Shown: in pieces, positions 43,330-51,682 of the stretch | Numbering within the stretch: the stretch's first letter is position 1 | How the letters are laid out: the number at the start of each line of letters is the position of its first letter | Source: Anaerolineales bacterium | Lineage (GTDB): Bacteria > Chloroflexota > Anaerolineae > Anaerolineales > UBA11579 | Assembly: GCA_019637755.1 (NCBI GenBank) | Contig: JAHBVC010000002.1 | Coordinates: 465,027 to 529,026, forward strand | Reading direction: 5' to 3' | DNA: 64,000 nt | Made by a program: the position numbers and the translations under genes | Notes under the pieces: model-generated | Databases searched by the model: none | Told to the model about the DNA's origin: nothing | What the model saw: only the letters and a program-made list of their open reading frames with translations

Positions 43330-45470
43330 TGCTTGGGCGGCAGCGATTTGAGGCTGGGCTGGGCGTCGAGGGCGTTGATGGTCTTCTCGTCCAGATCCGG
43401 GTAGACCAGGCGCGGATGGTAGACACCGCGCAGCCCGGTAACGAAGGTTTCGGCGATCACTTTGAGGTCATACATGGTCAGCGTGGTGTCATCCAACTGG
43501 CCGTTATTCAAGCGGTTGTCGATCACGCTCTTCACCAGCGCCTCCAAGGCCTCCTGGGTCTTGGGGCGCTCGGCACGCGTGCGCGCCTCGCAACCATCGG
43601 CCAGCATCACCAGGGCGGTTTCGCGCGATTGCGGCCGCGGCCCGTCGTAGCGAAAATCATCCAGGTTCACCTGGCTTTCGTCGCCACCGGCGGCTTCCAC
43701 GGCGCACACATACTGGAAGCGCGTCACCAGCGTGCCGTGGTGCTCTTTGATGAAATCGATGATGCGGTTGGGCAGGCGGTGCTTGCGGGCCAGCTCGACC
43801 CCGTCAGGCACATGGCGGATGATGTGCGCGGCGCTCTCGGTGGGGCTGAGCTGCTCATGCGGGTTGGGCGCGCCAGTGACCTGGTTCTCGATGAAGTAGT
43901 GCGGCTGGCGCGCTTTGCCGGCATCGTGATACAGCGAGCCGATGCGGGTGAGCAAAGCATCTGCGCCGATCGCCTCCGCCGCTTGCTCCGCCAGGTTAGC
44001 GATCAGCAAACTATGTTGGTAGGTGCCGGGCGCCTGGCGCATCACCAACTGCAACAAAGGATGGTCAGGCCGTGCCAGCTCCATCAGTTGCACGGTCGTG
44101 GTCAGGCCCAGCCACTGGGCCAGGAACAATTGCAGCACAATCGTCAGGCTGGCGGCCAGGAAGCCGTTCAGCGCGGCCGCGCCTAGCAGGGTGAGGATGC
44201 CCAAGGCATCGGTGGAGGCCAACGGCAGGCGGTAGGCGATCAGGATCGCGGCACCGGCCACCACCACCGCCGCGCCAGCCCAGAAATAGGCCATGACGCG
44301 CTGGGCGCGTTTGAGGAACAGGATGCCAAACAAGCTGCCGAAGAAGTAGAACAGCGTCAGGTCAAAGGCGTTGGGCAGGTTATAGGCTGCCAGTACGCTG
44401 AGCACCAGCGAAAAGACCATGGCGGCCTGCGAGCTGTATAAGGTGGCGGCGAGCAAACCGAAACCCGCCACCGGGAACAGATAGGGCAGCACCGTGCGAT
44501 CCACGATGACAAAACGCGCCACCAGCAGAAAGGCTACAAAAAGTGTGGCCACCAGGGTGAGCTCACGAATTTTATCGAGCAGTTGCGGGCGGAAGCGCAG
44601 GAACAGGCCAGCCAGTGCAAACGCGGCCAGCGCCAGCGCGGCGGCGCCTACGTAATTCTGCCAGCCCGTTTCGGGCTGCACGAGGCCAAACTGCTGCAAG
44701 GCCTCCAGGTCGGCCTCGTTGATCACCTGGCCACGCGCGACCACGATCTCATTGGTGACGAAGGTGCGCACGGCCGGCGGTACCGCCGCACTGGCTTCAT
44801 CACGCGCCACCTGGGTCAGCGCCTCGGAGTAGAAGCTATTGGGGGCCACGAAGGCGGCCACGATCTCGGCCACCAGGGTGGCTTGATCCTGTGGCAGCGA
44901 CAGGCTCACCAGCGCGGGGATGCTGCGGCGCGCTTCATCCAGGCGGCTCTGGCGGATGCTGCTGCGCATGATCTGCTCCAGCACCACGATCGCCTCCTGG
45001 CGCACATTCTGCCAGGCGCTATCGTTGAGCAGCAGGATCGCCTGGGCGCTTTCACGCCCCAGGTTGACGTTTTGTAAGGCGGTTAGATCGCCAATTTTTT
45101 GTTCGAGGGTAGCGTAGCCATCGGCGCGCACGCTATCGATAAAATCCACCGCGGCACGCAGGTGCTCCAGTTGTTGGCGCGCCACGTTGGCATCCGGGGC
45201 GCCGTAGACTGGCGCCACCGCATCGGCCGCCTCGCGCCGGTCGCGCTCGGTGAACACGGCGCTCTGATAATTGAGCGTGCGCGGGGCTACGATGTCCTGG
45301 CTGGTGACGTCACCCACCTGGGCGCGCAGGCTGGCCGGCCGGGTGGAGAAGGGCATCACCAGGGCGGCGATCGAGATCAGCAGGCAGACCGCCCACAGGG
45401 TCCCCAAGAAAACGCGCCGGCGGGTGGACCAACGCGGTGCCTTGCGCTGGAGTATGGCTTTTTCAGACAT
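43326..45470 (-). CDS. 7TM receptor with intracellular HD hydrolase (YqfF/PgpH family)
   Basis: 714 aa with an extracellular domain, seven TM segments, then the HD domain (HSLLIANLAE..GSLYHDAGK). Overlaps the ybeY start. Confidence 0.85.
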   Translation of the reverse strand: MSEKAILQRKAPRWSTRRRVFLGTLWAVCLLISIAALVMPFSTRPASLRAQVGDVTSQDIVAPRTLNYQSAVFTERDRREAADAVAPVYGAPDANVARQQLEHLRAAVDFIDSVRADGYATLEQKIGDLTALQNVNLGRESAQAILLLNDSAWQNVRQEAIVVLEQIMRSSIRQSRLDEARRSIPALVSLSLPQDQATLVAEIVAAFVAPNSFYSEALTQVARDEASAAVPPAVRTFVTNEIVVARGQVINEADLEALQQFGLVQPETGWQNYVGAAALALAAFALAGLFLRFRPQLLDKIRELTLVATLFVAFLLVARFVIVDRTVLPYLFPVAGFGLLAATLYSSQAAMVFSLVLSVLAAYNLPNAFDLTLFYFFGSLFGILFLKRAQRVMAYFWAGAAVVVAGAAILIAYRLPLASTDALGILTLLGAAALNGFLAASLTIVLQLFLAQWLGLTTTVQLMELARPDHPLLQLVMRQAPGTYQHSLLIANLAEQAAEAIGADALLTRIGSLYHDAGKARQPHYFIENQVTGAPNPHEQLSPTESAAHIIRHVPDGVELARKHRLPNRIIDFIKEHHGTLVTRFQYVCAVEAAGGDESQVNLDDFRYDGPRPQSRETALVMLADGCEARTRAERPKTQEALEALVKSVIDNRLNNGQLDDTTLTMYDLKVIAETFVTGLRGVYHPRLVYPDLDEKTINALDAQPSLKSLPPKQ

Positions 45471-45486
45471 TGAACTAGCGATAGAG

Positions 45487-45933
45487 CTACCCTTGTAATT
45501 TGGCCTTCACCAGCGCGCTCACCTGGCTGCCATCGGCGCGGCCTTTGATCTGCGGCTGCACCAGTTTCATCACTTTGCCCATATCCGCCGGGGAGGCGGC
45601 GCCACTCTCGGCGATCGCCGCGGCGATGATCGCCTCGATCTCGGCGGGGCTCAGCCCAGCAGGCAGGAACGCTTCGAGGATGCTGGCTTCGGCTTTGGCC
45701 GCTGCCACCAGATCGGGGCGGGCCGCCTGTTCGCCTTCGGCTTGCGCCTCATGGCGCGCCTTGAGCTCCTTCTGCAGGATCGAGATCACCGTGGCCTCGT
45801 CCAACTCACCGCGTTGGGCCACTTCGGCTTCCTTCACGGCGGCTAGGGCGCCGCGCAGCGTGGTTCTGCGCACGGCGTCATTGGCCTTCATGGCTTCTTT
45901 AAGGGCGGCTTCCAATTCAGCTTTTTTGCTCAT
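45487..45933 (-). CDS. GatB/YqeY domain-containing protein
   Basis: 148 aa with LKEAMKANDAVRRTTLR..ILQKELKAR..MGKVMK. Confidence 0.85.
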   Translation of the reverse strand: MSKKAELEAALKEAMKANDAVRRTTLRGALAAVKEAEVAQRGELDEATVISILQKELKARHEAQAEGEQAARPDLVAAAKAEASILEAFLPAGLSPAEIEAIIAAAIAESGAASPADMGKVMKLVQPQIKGRADGSQVSALVKAKLQG

Positions 45934-45976
45934 ACGGGTTTAATTATACCTTTCGCACCGCTTGTCGTGGCCGCGC

Positions 45977-46021
45977 CTAGCCCAGCGGATGCTAGCCCTG
46001 CGGATGCTAGCCCAGCGGATG
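45977..46021. repeat. 15-bp tandem repeat x3 that includes the HIT gene stop codon
   Basis: CTAGCCCAGCGGATG / CTAGCCCTGCGGATG / CTAGCCCAGCGGATG. The third unit encodes the HIT C-terminus HPLG*. Confidence 0.85.
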
Positions 46022-46354
46022 CTGCATGCGGCGGCCGCCCAATAGGTGCAGGTGCACATGGGGCACTTCCTGGCGGCCATCCGCACCCGTGTTGAGTACC
46101 AGGCGGTAGCCGCTTTCGGCAATCCCTTCCTGGCGGGCCAGCTCGGGCACCAGGGTGAGCATGCGGCCGGCCGCGGCGGCATGCTCTGGCGCCAGCTCGT
46201 TGGCGCTGGCCAGGTGCGCATTGGGAATGATCAGAATATGGGTCGGCGCCAGGGGGTGAATATCGCGGAAAGCGGTCACCAGCTCATCCTGATACACCTG
46301 CGTAGCCGGCACTTCACCAGCCACAATTTTGCAAAAGATACAGTCTTCGGCCAT
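46007..46354 (-). CDS. HIT (histidine triad) family protein
   Basis: CIFCKIVAGEVPA.. and the histidine triad HVHLHLLGG. Confidence 0.92.
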   Translation of the reverse strand: MAEDCIFCKIVAGEVPATQVYQDELVTAFRDIHPLAPTHILIIPNAHLASANELAPEHAAAAGRMLTLVPELARQEGIAESGYRLVLNTGADGRQEVPHVHLHLLGGRRMQHPLG

Positions 46355-46373
46355 TTGCGCCTCCCGCAGGGAT

Positions 46374-46405
46374 AAAAAAAGTGGTGTGCCGTTGGCACAC
46401 CACTT
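46374..46405 (-). terminator. Intrinsic terminator after the 46427..47260 gene
   Basis: 12-bp stem AAGTGGTGTGCC/GGCACACCACTT, followed by a T7 run on the minus strand. Confidence 0.8.
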
Positions 46406-46426
46406 GATTATACAGAAAGCCGGCGC

Positions 46427-47260
46427 TCAGGGCTGAATGACAACGAAGTTGTCGAACAGCACGTCTACCCCACCCTGCTCAAAGCTCCCCGCATACAGGC
46501 CCACATCGCCTGAGGGCAAAGAGCTATCGAACACCTGAATGAGTTCAACGCCGTTGGCATACAGGGTGATGCTGGAGCCGACGCAATCCAGGCGGATGCG
46601 ATTGGACTGGTTGCCGGTGCGAATGGCTTCACTGAATTCGCCCGATTCCATGCCGACCAGTTCCCAATCCCCACCATTCAAGCGGCGCCAGATGAAGTAG
46701 TAGCCATCGCTGGCGATGGTGGCAATGTAGAAGTTGTCATTATCTACAAAGCGGCACAGCAGGCCAAACTCATTCTCCTGCGGGCCAGCCAGCATGACGG
46801 CATCCACCTCGGTGGAGATATCGGCATAGTCACCCGTGGCTGAGTTCGCCCAGACGGCGTAATCGACCTCGTTGACGGTGATGCGGTATTGGCCCTCGTA
46901 GTAGCTGGTGCCGCCTTCAGCGAAGGTGTCCACCGGCCAGCCGGTAGACACATCGGAAAAATCATCCTGATAGATCACCGCGCCAGAGGCCTGGCTGCCA
47001 AACTGCGCCATCAGGGTCTCGAGCGGGAAGGCCGTGCCGCCGGCCATCATCGTGGCGGCCATGCTCTGGGCATCGTCGCCCAGGCCGCTATCGGCCAGCA
47101 AGGTAGCCATCTGCACAAACTCATCCAGCCCGGTGGTGGCCAGGGCCGTGCCGACCACATTGCCTACCAGGTCACCCGCGCTGGGCAACGAGAGCCCGGC
47201 GCAAGCCAAGGCCACCAGGCTAAGTACGCCGATGACCGAAAACAATTTAATGCGCTGCAT
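46427..47260 (-). CDS. Secreted/lipoprotein with a C-terminal concanavalin-like (LamG/DUF1080-like) domain, paralog A
   Basis: Signal peptide with Cys. The C-terminal ~190 aa are collinear with paralog B (..YQDDFSD..GW..NEFGLLCRFVDNDNFY..IRLDCVGSSITLYANG..GDVGLYAGSF..FDNF). AAGGAG RBS. Confidence 0.6.
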   Translation of the reverse strand: MQRIKLFSVIGVLSLVALACAGLSLPSAGDLVGNVVGTALATTGLDEFVQMATLLADSGLGDDAQSMAATMMAGGTAFPLETLMAQFGSQASGAVIYQDDFSDVSTGWPVDTFAEGGTSYYEGQYRITVNEVDYAVWANSATGDYADISTEVDAVMLAGPQENEFGLLCRFVDNDNFYIATIASDGYYFIWRRLNGGDWELVGMESGEFSEAIRTGNQSNRIRLDCVGSSITLYANGVELIQVFDSSLPSGDVGLYAGSFEQGGVDVLFDNFVVIQP

Positions 47261-47281
47261 ACGTCTCCTTCGTATAAATGC

Positions 47282-47315
47282 AAAAAGCGGCTGGCCTGAA
47301 TGTCAGGCCAGCCGC
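47282..47315 (-). terminator. Intrinsic terminator after the 47332..47979 gene
   Basis: GCGGCTGGCCTGA-ATG-TCAGGCCAGCCGC, followed by a T-run on the minus strand. Confidence 0.8.
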
Positions 47316-47331
47316 CTGCAAGCGATACCGG

Positions 47332-47979
47332 CTAAGGCCGGCGAGCCAGGAAGTTGTCGAAAGCGATGTCAATGCCCGGGGTGGCAAAGGTGCCGGCGTA
47401 CAACCCGACATCTCCTTGAGCAAAGGAGCTATCGGTGACGCTGAGCAACTGGGTGCCATTGGCGTACAGGGTGATCTGCGGGCCGACACAATCCAGGCGC
47501 ACACGGTTGACCTCTGAACCGAGCTTGATGGCATCCGAGGGCATCATGGCGTCATTGCCGAGGTAGGTGAAATCCCCATCGACGATGGCAATGATGGCAT
47601 AGAAGCCATCGCTGCTGACGCTGCCGGCGTAGAAGTTGTTATCGTCCTGATAGCGGCAGATGACGCCGAATTCGTTGTCATCCACGCCACCGGCCATCAC
47701 CGCATCGGTCTCTACGCGCACATCGCCGTAGTCACCGCCGGTGAGCGCCCAGACCGAAGCGTACTCATCATCCACGCGGATGTGATAGGCGCCATCCAGG
47801 TAATCGACTTCGCCGCCATCAAAGACGCTGCGCTCCCAGCCACTGCTGGTGCTGGAAAAATCATCCTGGAAAAGCACATTGCTTTCCGTGGCGGCTGGCG
47901 CCTGAGCAGCACCACCAAAACTGCAGGCCATGGCGGCCAGCAGCAAAACCCCACATACGAGCCAGATTTGCTTCTTCAT
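47332..47979 (-). CDS. Lipoprotein with a concanavalin-like (LamG/DUF1080-like) domain, paralog B
   Basis: Lipobox LAAMAC. FQDDFSS..GW..NEFGVICRYQDDNNFY..VRLDCVGPQITLYANG..GDVGLYAGTF..FDNF. AAGGAG RBS. Confidence 0.6.
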   Translation of the reverse strand: MKKQIWLVCGVLLLAAMACSFGGAAQAPAATESNVLFQDDFSSTSSGWERSVFDGGEVDYLDGAYHIRVDDEYASVWALTGGDYGDVRVETDAVMAGGVDDNEFGVICRYQDDNNFYAGSVSSDGFYAIIAIVDGDFTYLGNDAMMPSDAIKLGSEVNRVRLDCVGPQITLYANGTQLLSVTDSSFAQGDVGLYAGTFATPGIDIAFDNFLARRP

Positions 47980-48043
47980 AGATCTCCTTCACTTGTTGTA
48001 AGCAACCTAGTCAGAATTAACGAAGCCTGGCCTTGCTGCGTTA

Positions 48044-49114
48044 TTAGGGCGTAGTAGCCATCTGGGCTAGCCAGTAGGCGGCCAACTCTGCCCGCGGGCC
48101 GGCCGGTTCCAGCGCCAGCACCTGGTTGAGGTGCTGGCGGGCGGCCTCGTAGCGCCGGTCAGCCAACAAAAAGATGCCGAAGTATACATGCGCGGCCACG
48201 TTGGCATCATCCAACTCTAAAGCGCGTTGGAAATAGGCTTCGGCCTCGGCCTCGCGCCGCAGCAAAGCCAGGGCGCGGGCGCTGAGCACCAGCGTGTCTG
48301 CACTGTCAGGCTGCTCGGCCGCCAGGCGCTCCAGGGTGGGCAGGCCCACCTCCTCCACGAACAGGGCGGATTCGACGCTGTAGGCAGCCACGGCGCGCCA
48401 CACTGCCGGGTCATGCGGGGCCAGTTCCAGGGCACGTTGCAGGTAGGGCAGCGCGGCGGTGGTGTCGCCGGTCAGCACGGCATTCTCAGCCAGTTGCATT
48501 TGCACCATCGGATTCTGGGGATGGTGCAGGGCGGCGATGCGCAAATTCTGCTCGGCGCGCGCATAGTCACCCTGGCGCTGCCAATATAGCGCGAAGAACA
48601 GGCGCAGTGCCAGGGAATTCGGGTCAAGCTGCTCGGCCTGCTGCAAAGCGGCCAGGCCATCCTGCCCGTTTTGTTGCAACGCCTCGCCCAGGTAGGCCCA
48701 GGCCTCGGCGAAATCCGGGTTGGCGGCCACCGCCGCCAGAAAAGCCTGGCGAGCGGCGGGCCACTCGCCCAGCGCCGCCAGCGCCTGGCCACTGGCGGCC
48801 AGCAAATAGGCTGGGTCGCCCCCTCTGCGCCCGTTTTGGATGCCCTGGCGCAGGCTTGCGGCGGCCGCGGCCTCCACTCCCTGTGCCGCGATGACTGAAT
48901 CAAGCAGCGGCAGCGCATCCAGTGGCTGGCTGGCTGCCAGCGCTAGCGCCTGGCGGTAGAGCGCATCCGCCGCCGGCTGGCTGGCCGCTGTGGCCGGCGT
49001 GGGTACGCCGCCCTGGCGCGGCAGCCAGATGCGCAGCCACCAGGTGGGCAACAGAAACACCACCAGCGCCAGCAAGACCAGCAGCACGAGTTTGCGAGGG
49101 ATACGGCGCAGCAT
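48044..49114 (-). CDS. Membrane-anchored tetratricopeptide (TPR) repeat protein
   Basis: N-terminal TM segment, then repeated A..Y..A/L..P motifs (..AEAWAYLGEALQQNG.., ..ARAEQNLRIAALHHPQNP..). Confidence 0.75.
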   Translation of the reverse strand: MLRRIPRKLVLLVLLALVVFLLPTWWLRIWLPRQGGVPTPATAASQPAADALYRQALALAASQPLDALPLLDSVIAAQGVEAAAAASLRQGIQNGRRGGDPAYLLAASGQALAALGEWPAARQAFLAAVAANPDFAEAWAYLGEALQQNGQDGLAALQQAEQLDPNSLALRLFFALYWQRQGDYARAEQNLRIAALHHPQNPMVQMQLAENAVLTGDTTAALPYLQRALELAPHDPAVWRAVAAYSVESALFVEEVGLPTLERLAAEQPDSADTLVLSARALALLRREAEAEAYFQRALELDDANVAAHVYFGIFLLADRRYEAARQHLNQVLALEPAGPRAELAAYWLAQMATTP

Positions 49115-49120
49115 AGGGGA

Positions 49121-49126
49121 ATTATA
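49121..49126 (-). promoter_or_regulatory. -10 box TATAAT, 6 nt upstream of the TPR gene ATG
   Basis: Minus strand reads TATAAT-TCCCCT-ATG with no SD. Confidence 0.45.
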
Positions 49127-49132
49127 AGAGTC

Positions 49133-49190
49133 AGATGGTCTGATGGTCGCTTGGTCTTTGAGTGACTAAGCGACCAATTGACCATCAGAC
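49133..49190. promoter_or_regulatory. Composite inverted/direct repeat (candidate operator) in the TPR/acyl-CoA dehydrogenase divergent spacer
   Basis: GTCTGATGGTC (49138..49148) pairs with GACCATCAGAC (49180..49190). Inner pair GGTCGCTT/AAGCGACC. GATGGTC is directly duplicated. A TATAAT box at 49216..49221 follows. Confidence 0.4.
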
Positions 49191-49266
49191 ACGCAGAGGG
49201 GGTTGCGTATCTAGGTATAATCAAATCCTGCGCTTTTAATCACAAGTTTCCTTTATATGGAGTCAC

Positions 49267-50478
49267 ATGGACTTTCAATTAAGTGAAGAGCACCTGATGG
49301 TGCAAAAGATGGTGCGCGACTTCGTGCAAAAAGAAGTCAAGCCCACGGTTCAAGAATGGGACCGCAAGCAAGAGATGGCCCCCTTCATCCTGCCACGCAT
49401 GGCCGAGCTGGGCATCCTGGGCATCAACATCCCGGTGCGCTACGGCGGCCAGGGCATGGATTACATCGCCCTCGGCTTGGTGTGCGAGGAGTTGGAAGCC
49501 GGCGACAGCCCGCTGCGCGTGGTGATGTCGGTGCATATGGGCCTCAACAGCATGGCCCTGCTGCAATGGGGCACTGAGGAGCAGAAGCAGAAGTTCCTCA
49601 CCCCGCAGGCCAAGGGCGAGAAGTACGCCTGCTTTGGCCTCACCGAGCCGGCAGCCGGCTCCGATGTGGCCGGCATGAAGGCCACCGCCCGCCGCGAAGG
49701 CGACGAGTATGTGCTCAATGGTGAGAAGATGTGGATCTCGCTGGCCACCAAGGCGCACCACGCCCTGATCGTGGCGCGCACCAACCCGGATGTAGACCCG
49801 CATGACGGCCTGAGTGCTTTCATCGTGGAGTTAGACCGCAAGGGCATCACCACCGGCGACATTCACGGCAAGCTGGGCATGCGCGCCGGCTCCACCGGCT
49901 ACATTGCCATGCAAGACGTGCGCATTCCGGCTGAGAATCGCCTGGGCGAAGAAGGCGAAGGCTTCAAGATCGCCATGTCGTGCCTGGACAATGGGCGCTA
50001 CACCGTAGCGGCCGGCGCCACGGGCCTGATCCGCGCCAGCCTCGATGCTAGCGTCAACTACTCGCACGAGCGCAAAGCGTTCAACCGCGAGATCGGCCAC
50101 TTCCAACTGGTGCAGCAAAAGATCGCCTACATGGTGCAGCAATACGAGACTGCCCGCCTGCTGTACCTGCGCGCCGGCTGGATGAAGAACCGCGGCGAGC
50201 GCAATACCCGCGAAACCTCGCTGGCCAAGTGGTATGCCACCGATGCTTCGTTCGACGCCGCTTCGGAAGCCATTCAGGTGCACGGCGCCTACGGCTACAG
50301 TGACGAATACGATGTAGAGCGTTACCTGCGCAATTCCAAGGGTGGCGTGATCTACGAAGGCACCAGTGAAATTCACCAGCTGATGCAAGCTGGCTACGCG
50401 CTGGGCTACCGCAAGGATGCCGAGCTGCGCTGCGAGCTGCCCGCCTACGATGCGGAGTACTGGCAGGCGGAAGGCTAG
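49267..50478 (+). CDS. Acyl-CoA dehydrogenase (glutaryl-CoA dehydrogenase-like)
   Basis: 403 aa with CFGLTEPAAGSD and YEGTSEIHQL motifs. GGAG RBS. Confidence 0.9.
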   Translation: MDFQLSEEHLMVQKMVRDFVQKEVKPTVQEWDRKQEMAPFILPRMAELGILGINIPVRYGGQGMDYIALGLVCEELEAGDSPLRVVMSVHMGLNSMALLQWGTEEQKQKFLTPQAKGEKYACFGLTEPAAGSDVAGMKATARREGDEYVLNGEKMWISLATKAHHALIVARTNPDVDPHDGLSAFIVELDRKGITTGDIHGKLGMRAGSTGYIAMQDVRIPAENRLGEEGEGFKIAMSCLDNGRYTVAAGATGLIRASLDASVNYSHERKAFNREIGHFQLVQQKIAYMVQQYETARLLYLRAGWMKNRGERNTRETSLAKWYATDASFDAASEAIQVHGAYGYSDEYDVERYLRNSKGGVIYEGTSEIHQLMQAGYALGYRKDAELRCELPAYDAEYWQAEG

Positions 50479-50486
50479 CGCCGCCA

Positions 50487-50540
50487 GTCATTGCGAGGAG
50501 TATGCCGATGCTGCGCATCGGCAACGGACGAAGCAATCTG
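50487..50540 (+). repeat. Interspersed palindromic repeat, family A (left flank of the GIY-YIG gene)
   Basis: GTCATTGCGAGG-[hairpin GCCGATGC TGC GCATCGGC]-AACGGACGAAGCAATCTG. Confidence 0.85.
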
Positions 50541-50560
50541 TTTTCGGGGCTGGCTAAAAG

Positions 50561-50854
50561 ATGGGTCAACCTTGCGTGTACATCGTGACTAACCTACACA
50601 ACAAGGTGCTGTACACCGGTGTCACCAATAACCTGCAACGAAGGGTTTTGGAGCACCGCGCAAGGACGCCAGGTAGGTTTACCTCGAAATACAGGATAAC
50701 AAAGCTGGTTTGGTATGAAGTGACCGAACGGATGCTCGACGCCATTGCAAGAGAGAAGCAAATCAAGGCAGGTTCAAGGCAAAAGAAGATCGATCTGATA
50801 GAGGGTGTCAACCCAGAATGGAAAGATCTATACGTGGAGCTTTTTGAAAGTTAA
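50561..50854 (+). CDS. GIY-YIG nuclease family protein (small stand-alone URI-domain type)
   Basis: 97 aa with CVYIVTNLHNKVLYTGVTNNLQRRVLEH....KLVWYE......AIAREKQIK. Confidence 0.88.
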   Translation: MGQPCVYIVTNLHNKVLYTGVTNNLQRRVLEHRARTPGRFTSKYRITKLVWYEVTERMLDAIAREKQIKAGSRQKKIDLIEGVNPEWKDLYVELFES

Positions 50855-50857
50855 AAC

Positions 50858-50885
50858 CAGATTGCTTCGCTACGCTCGCAATGAC
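50858..50885 (-). repeat. Interspersed palindromic repeat, family A short form (right flank of the GIY-YIG gene)
   Basis: The reverse complement reads GTCATTGCGAGCGTAGCGAAGCAATCTG. Confidence 0.85.
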
Positions 50886-50908
50886 GGAGTTCATTAAAGG
50901 AGGAAGGT

Positions 50909-51682
50909 TTGAAGATCGCAGTCTTTGTAAAACAAGTGCCGGATTCTGCCGCCAAGCTTTCGGTGGAAAACGGCACTGTGAATTGGGGCGATGCGCCGCT
51001 GGTGATCAACCCCTGGGATGAATACGCGGTGGAAGCCGCACTGCAACTCGCCGAGAAGCACAACGGTGAGGTTGCCGCCATCAGCCTGGGCGCTGAAGAC
51101 GCCAAAGAGGCGCTCAAGCATGCCCTGGCGATGGGCGCCAACAGCGCCACGCTGATCAGTGACCCGGCGCTGGCAACTGCCGATGCCGCCGCGGCCGCCA
51201 AAGTATTCGCCGCCGCCGTGCAGAAGCTGGGCGGCGTGGACCTGGTGATCTTCGGCAAGCAGGCGATCGACTCGGACACCGGGTTGGCCGCGGCGATGAC
51301 CGCCCGCGTCCTCGGCTGGCCGGTACTCAGCCTGGTGGCCAGCATCGCCGCGCTCGACGCCGGCACCATTAAACTAGAGCGCGCCATCGAAGAAGGCCGC
51401 CAGGTGGTGGAAAGCAAGCTGCCCGCCGTGCTCAGCATCGTCAAAGATTTTGCAGAGCCACGCTATCCGTCCTTCATGGGTATCCGCAAAGCGTCCAAGG
51501 CTGAGGTTCCGCTGTGGAGCCTGGCCGACCTGGGCCTCAGCGCCCCGGAATCCAAAGTGCGCTGGAGCGAGATCAGCGCCCCGCCCGCTCGCGAGGTGAG
51601 CAGCGAGATGGTGACTGGCGCCAGTGCCGACGAGATCGCCGCCAAGCTGGCCGACCTGATCATTGCTGAGGGGGTGCTGTAA
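50909..51682 (+). CDS. etfB: Electron transfer flavoprotein subunit beta
   Basis: MKIAVFVKQVPDS..INPWDEYAVEAAL. TTG start preceded by AGGAGG. Confidence 0.92.
   Translation: MKIAVFVKQVPDSAAKLSVENGTVNWGDAPLVINPWDEYAVEAALQLAEKHNGEVAAISLGAEDAKEALKHALAMGANSATLISDPALATADAAAAAKVFAAAVQKLGGVDLVIFGKQAIDSDTGLAAAMTARVLGWPVLSLVASIAALDAGTIKLERAIEEGRQVVESKLPAVLSIVKDFAEPRYPSFMGIRKASKAEVPLWSLADLGLSAPESKVRWSEISAPPAREVSSEMVTGASADEIAAKLADLIIAEGVL

Larger units (their letters stand above)
50487..50885 (+). mobile_element. Candidate small mobile cassette: GIY-YIG nuclease gene bracketed by inverted copies of the family A repeat
   Basis: Left end GTCATTGCGAG...CGAAGCAATCTG. Right end CAGATTGCTTCG...CTCGCAATGAC, its exact reverse-complement termini. 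About 399 bp, wedged between the acyl-CoA dehydrogenase gene and etfB. Confidence 0.5.
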
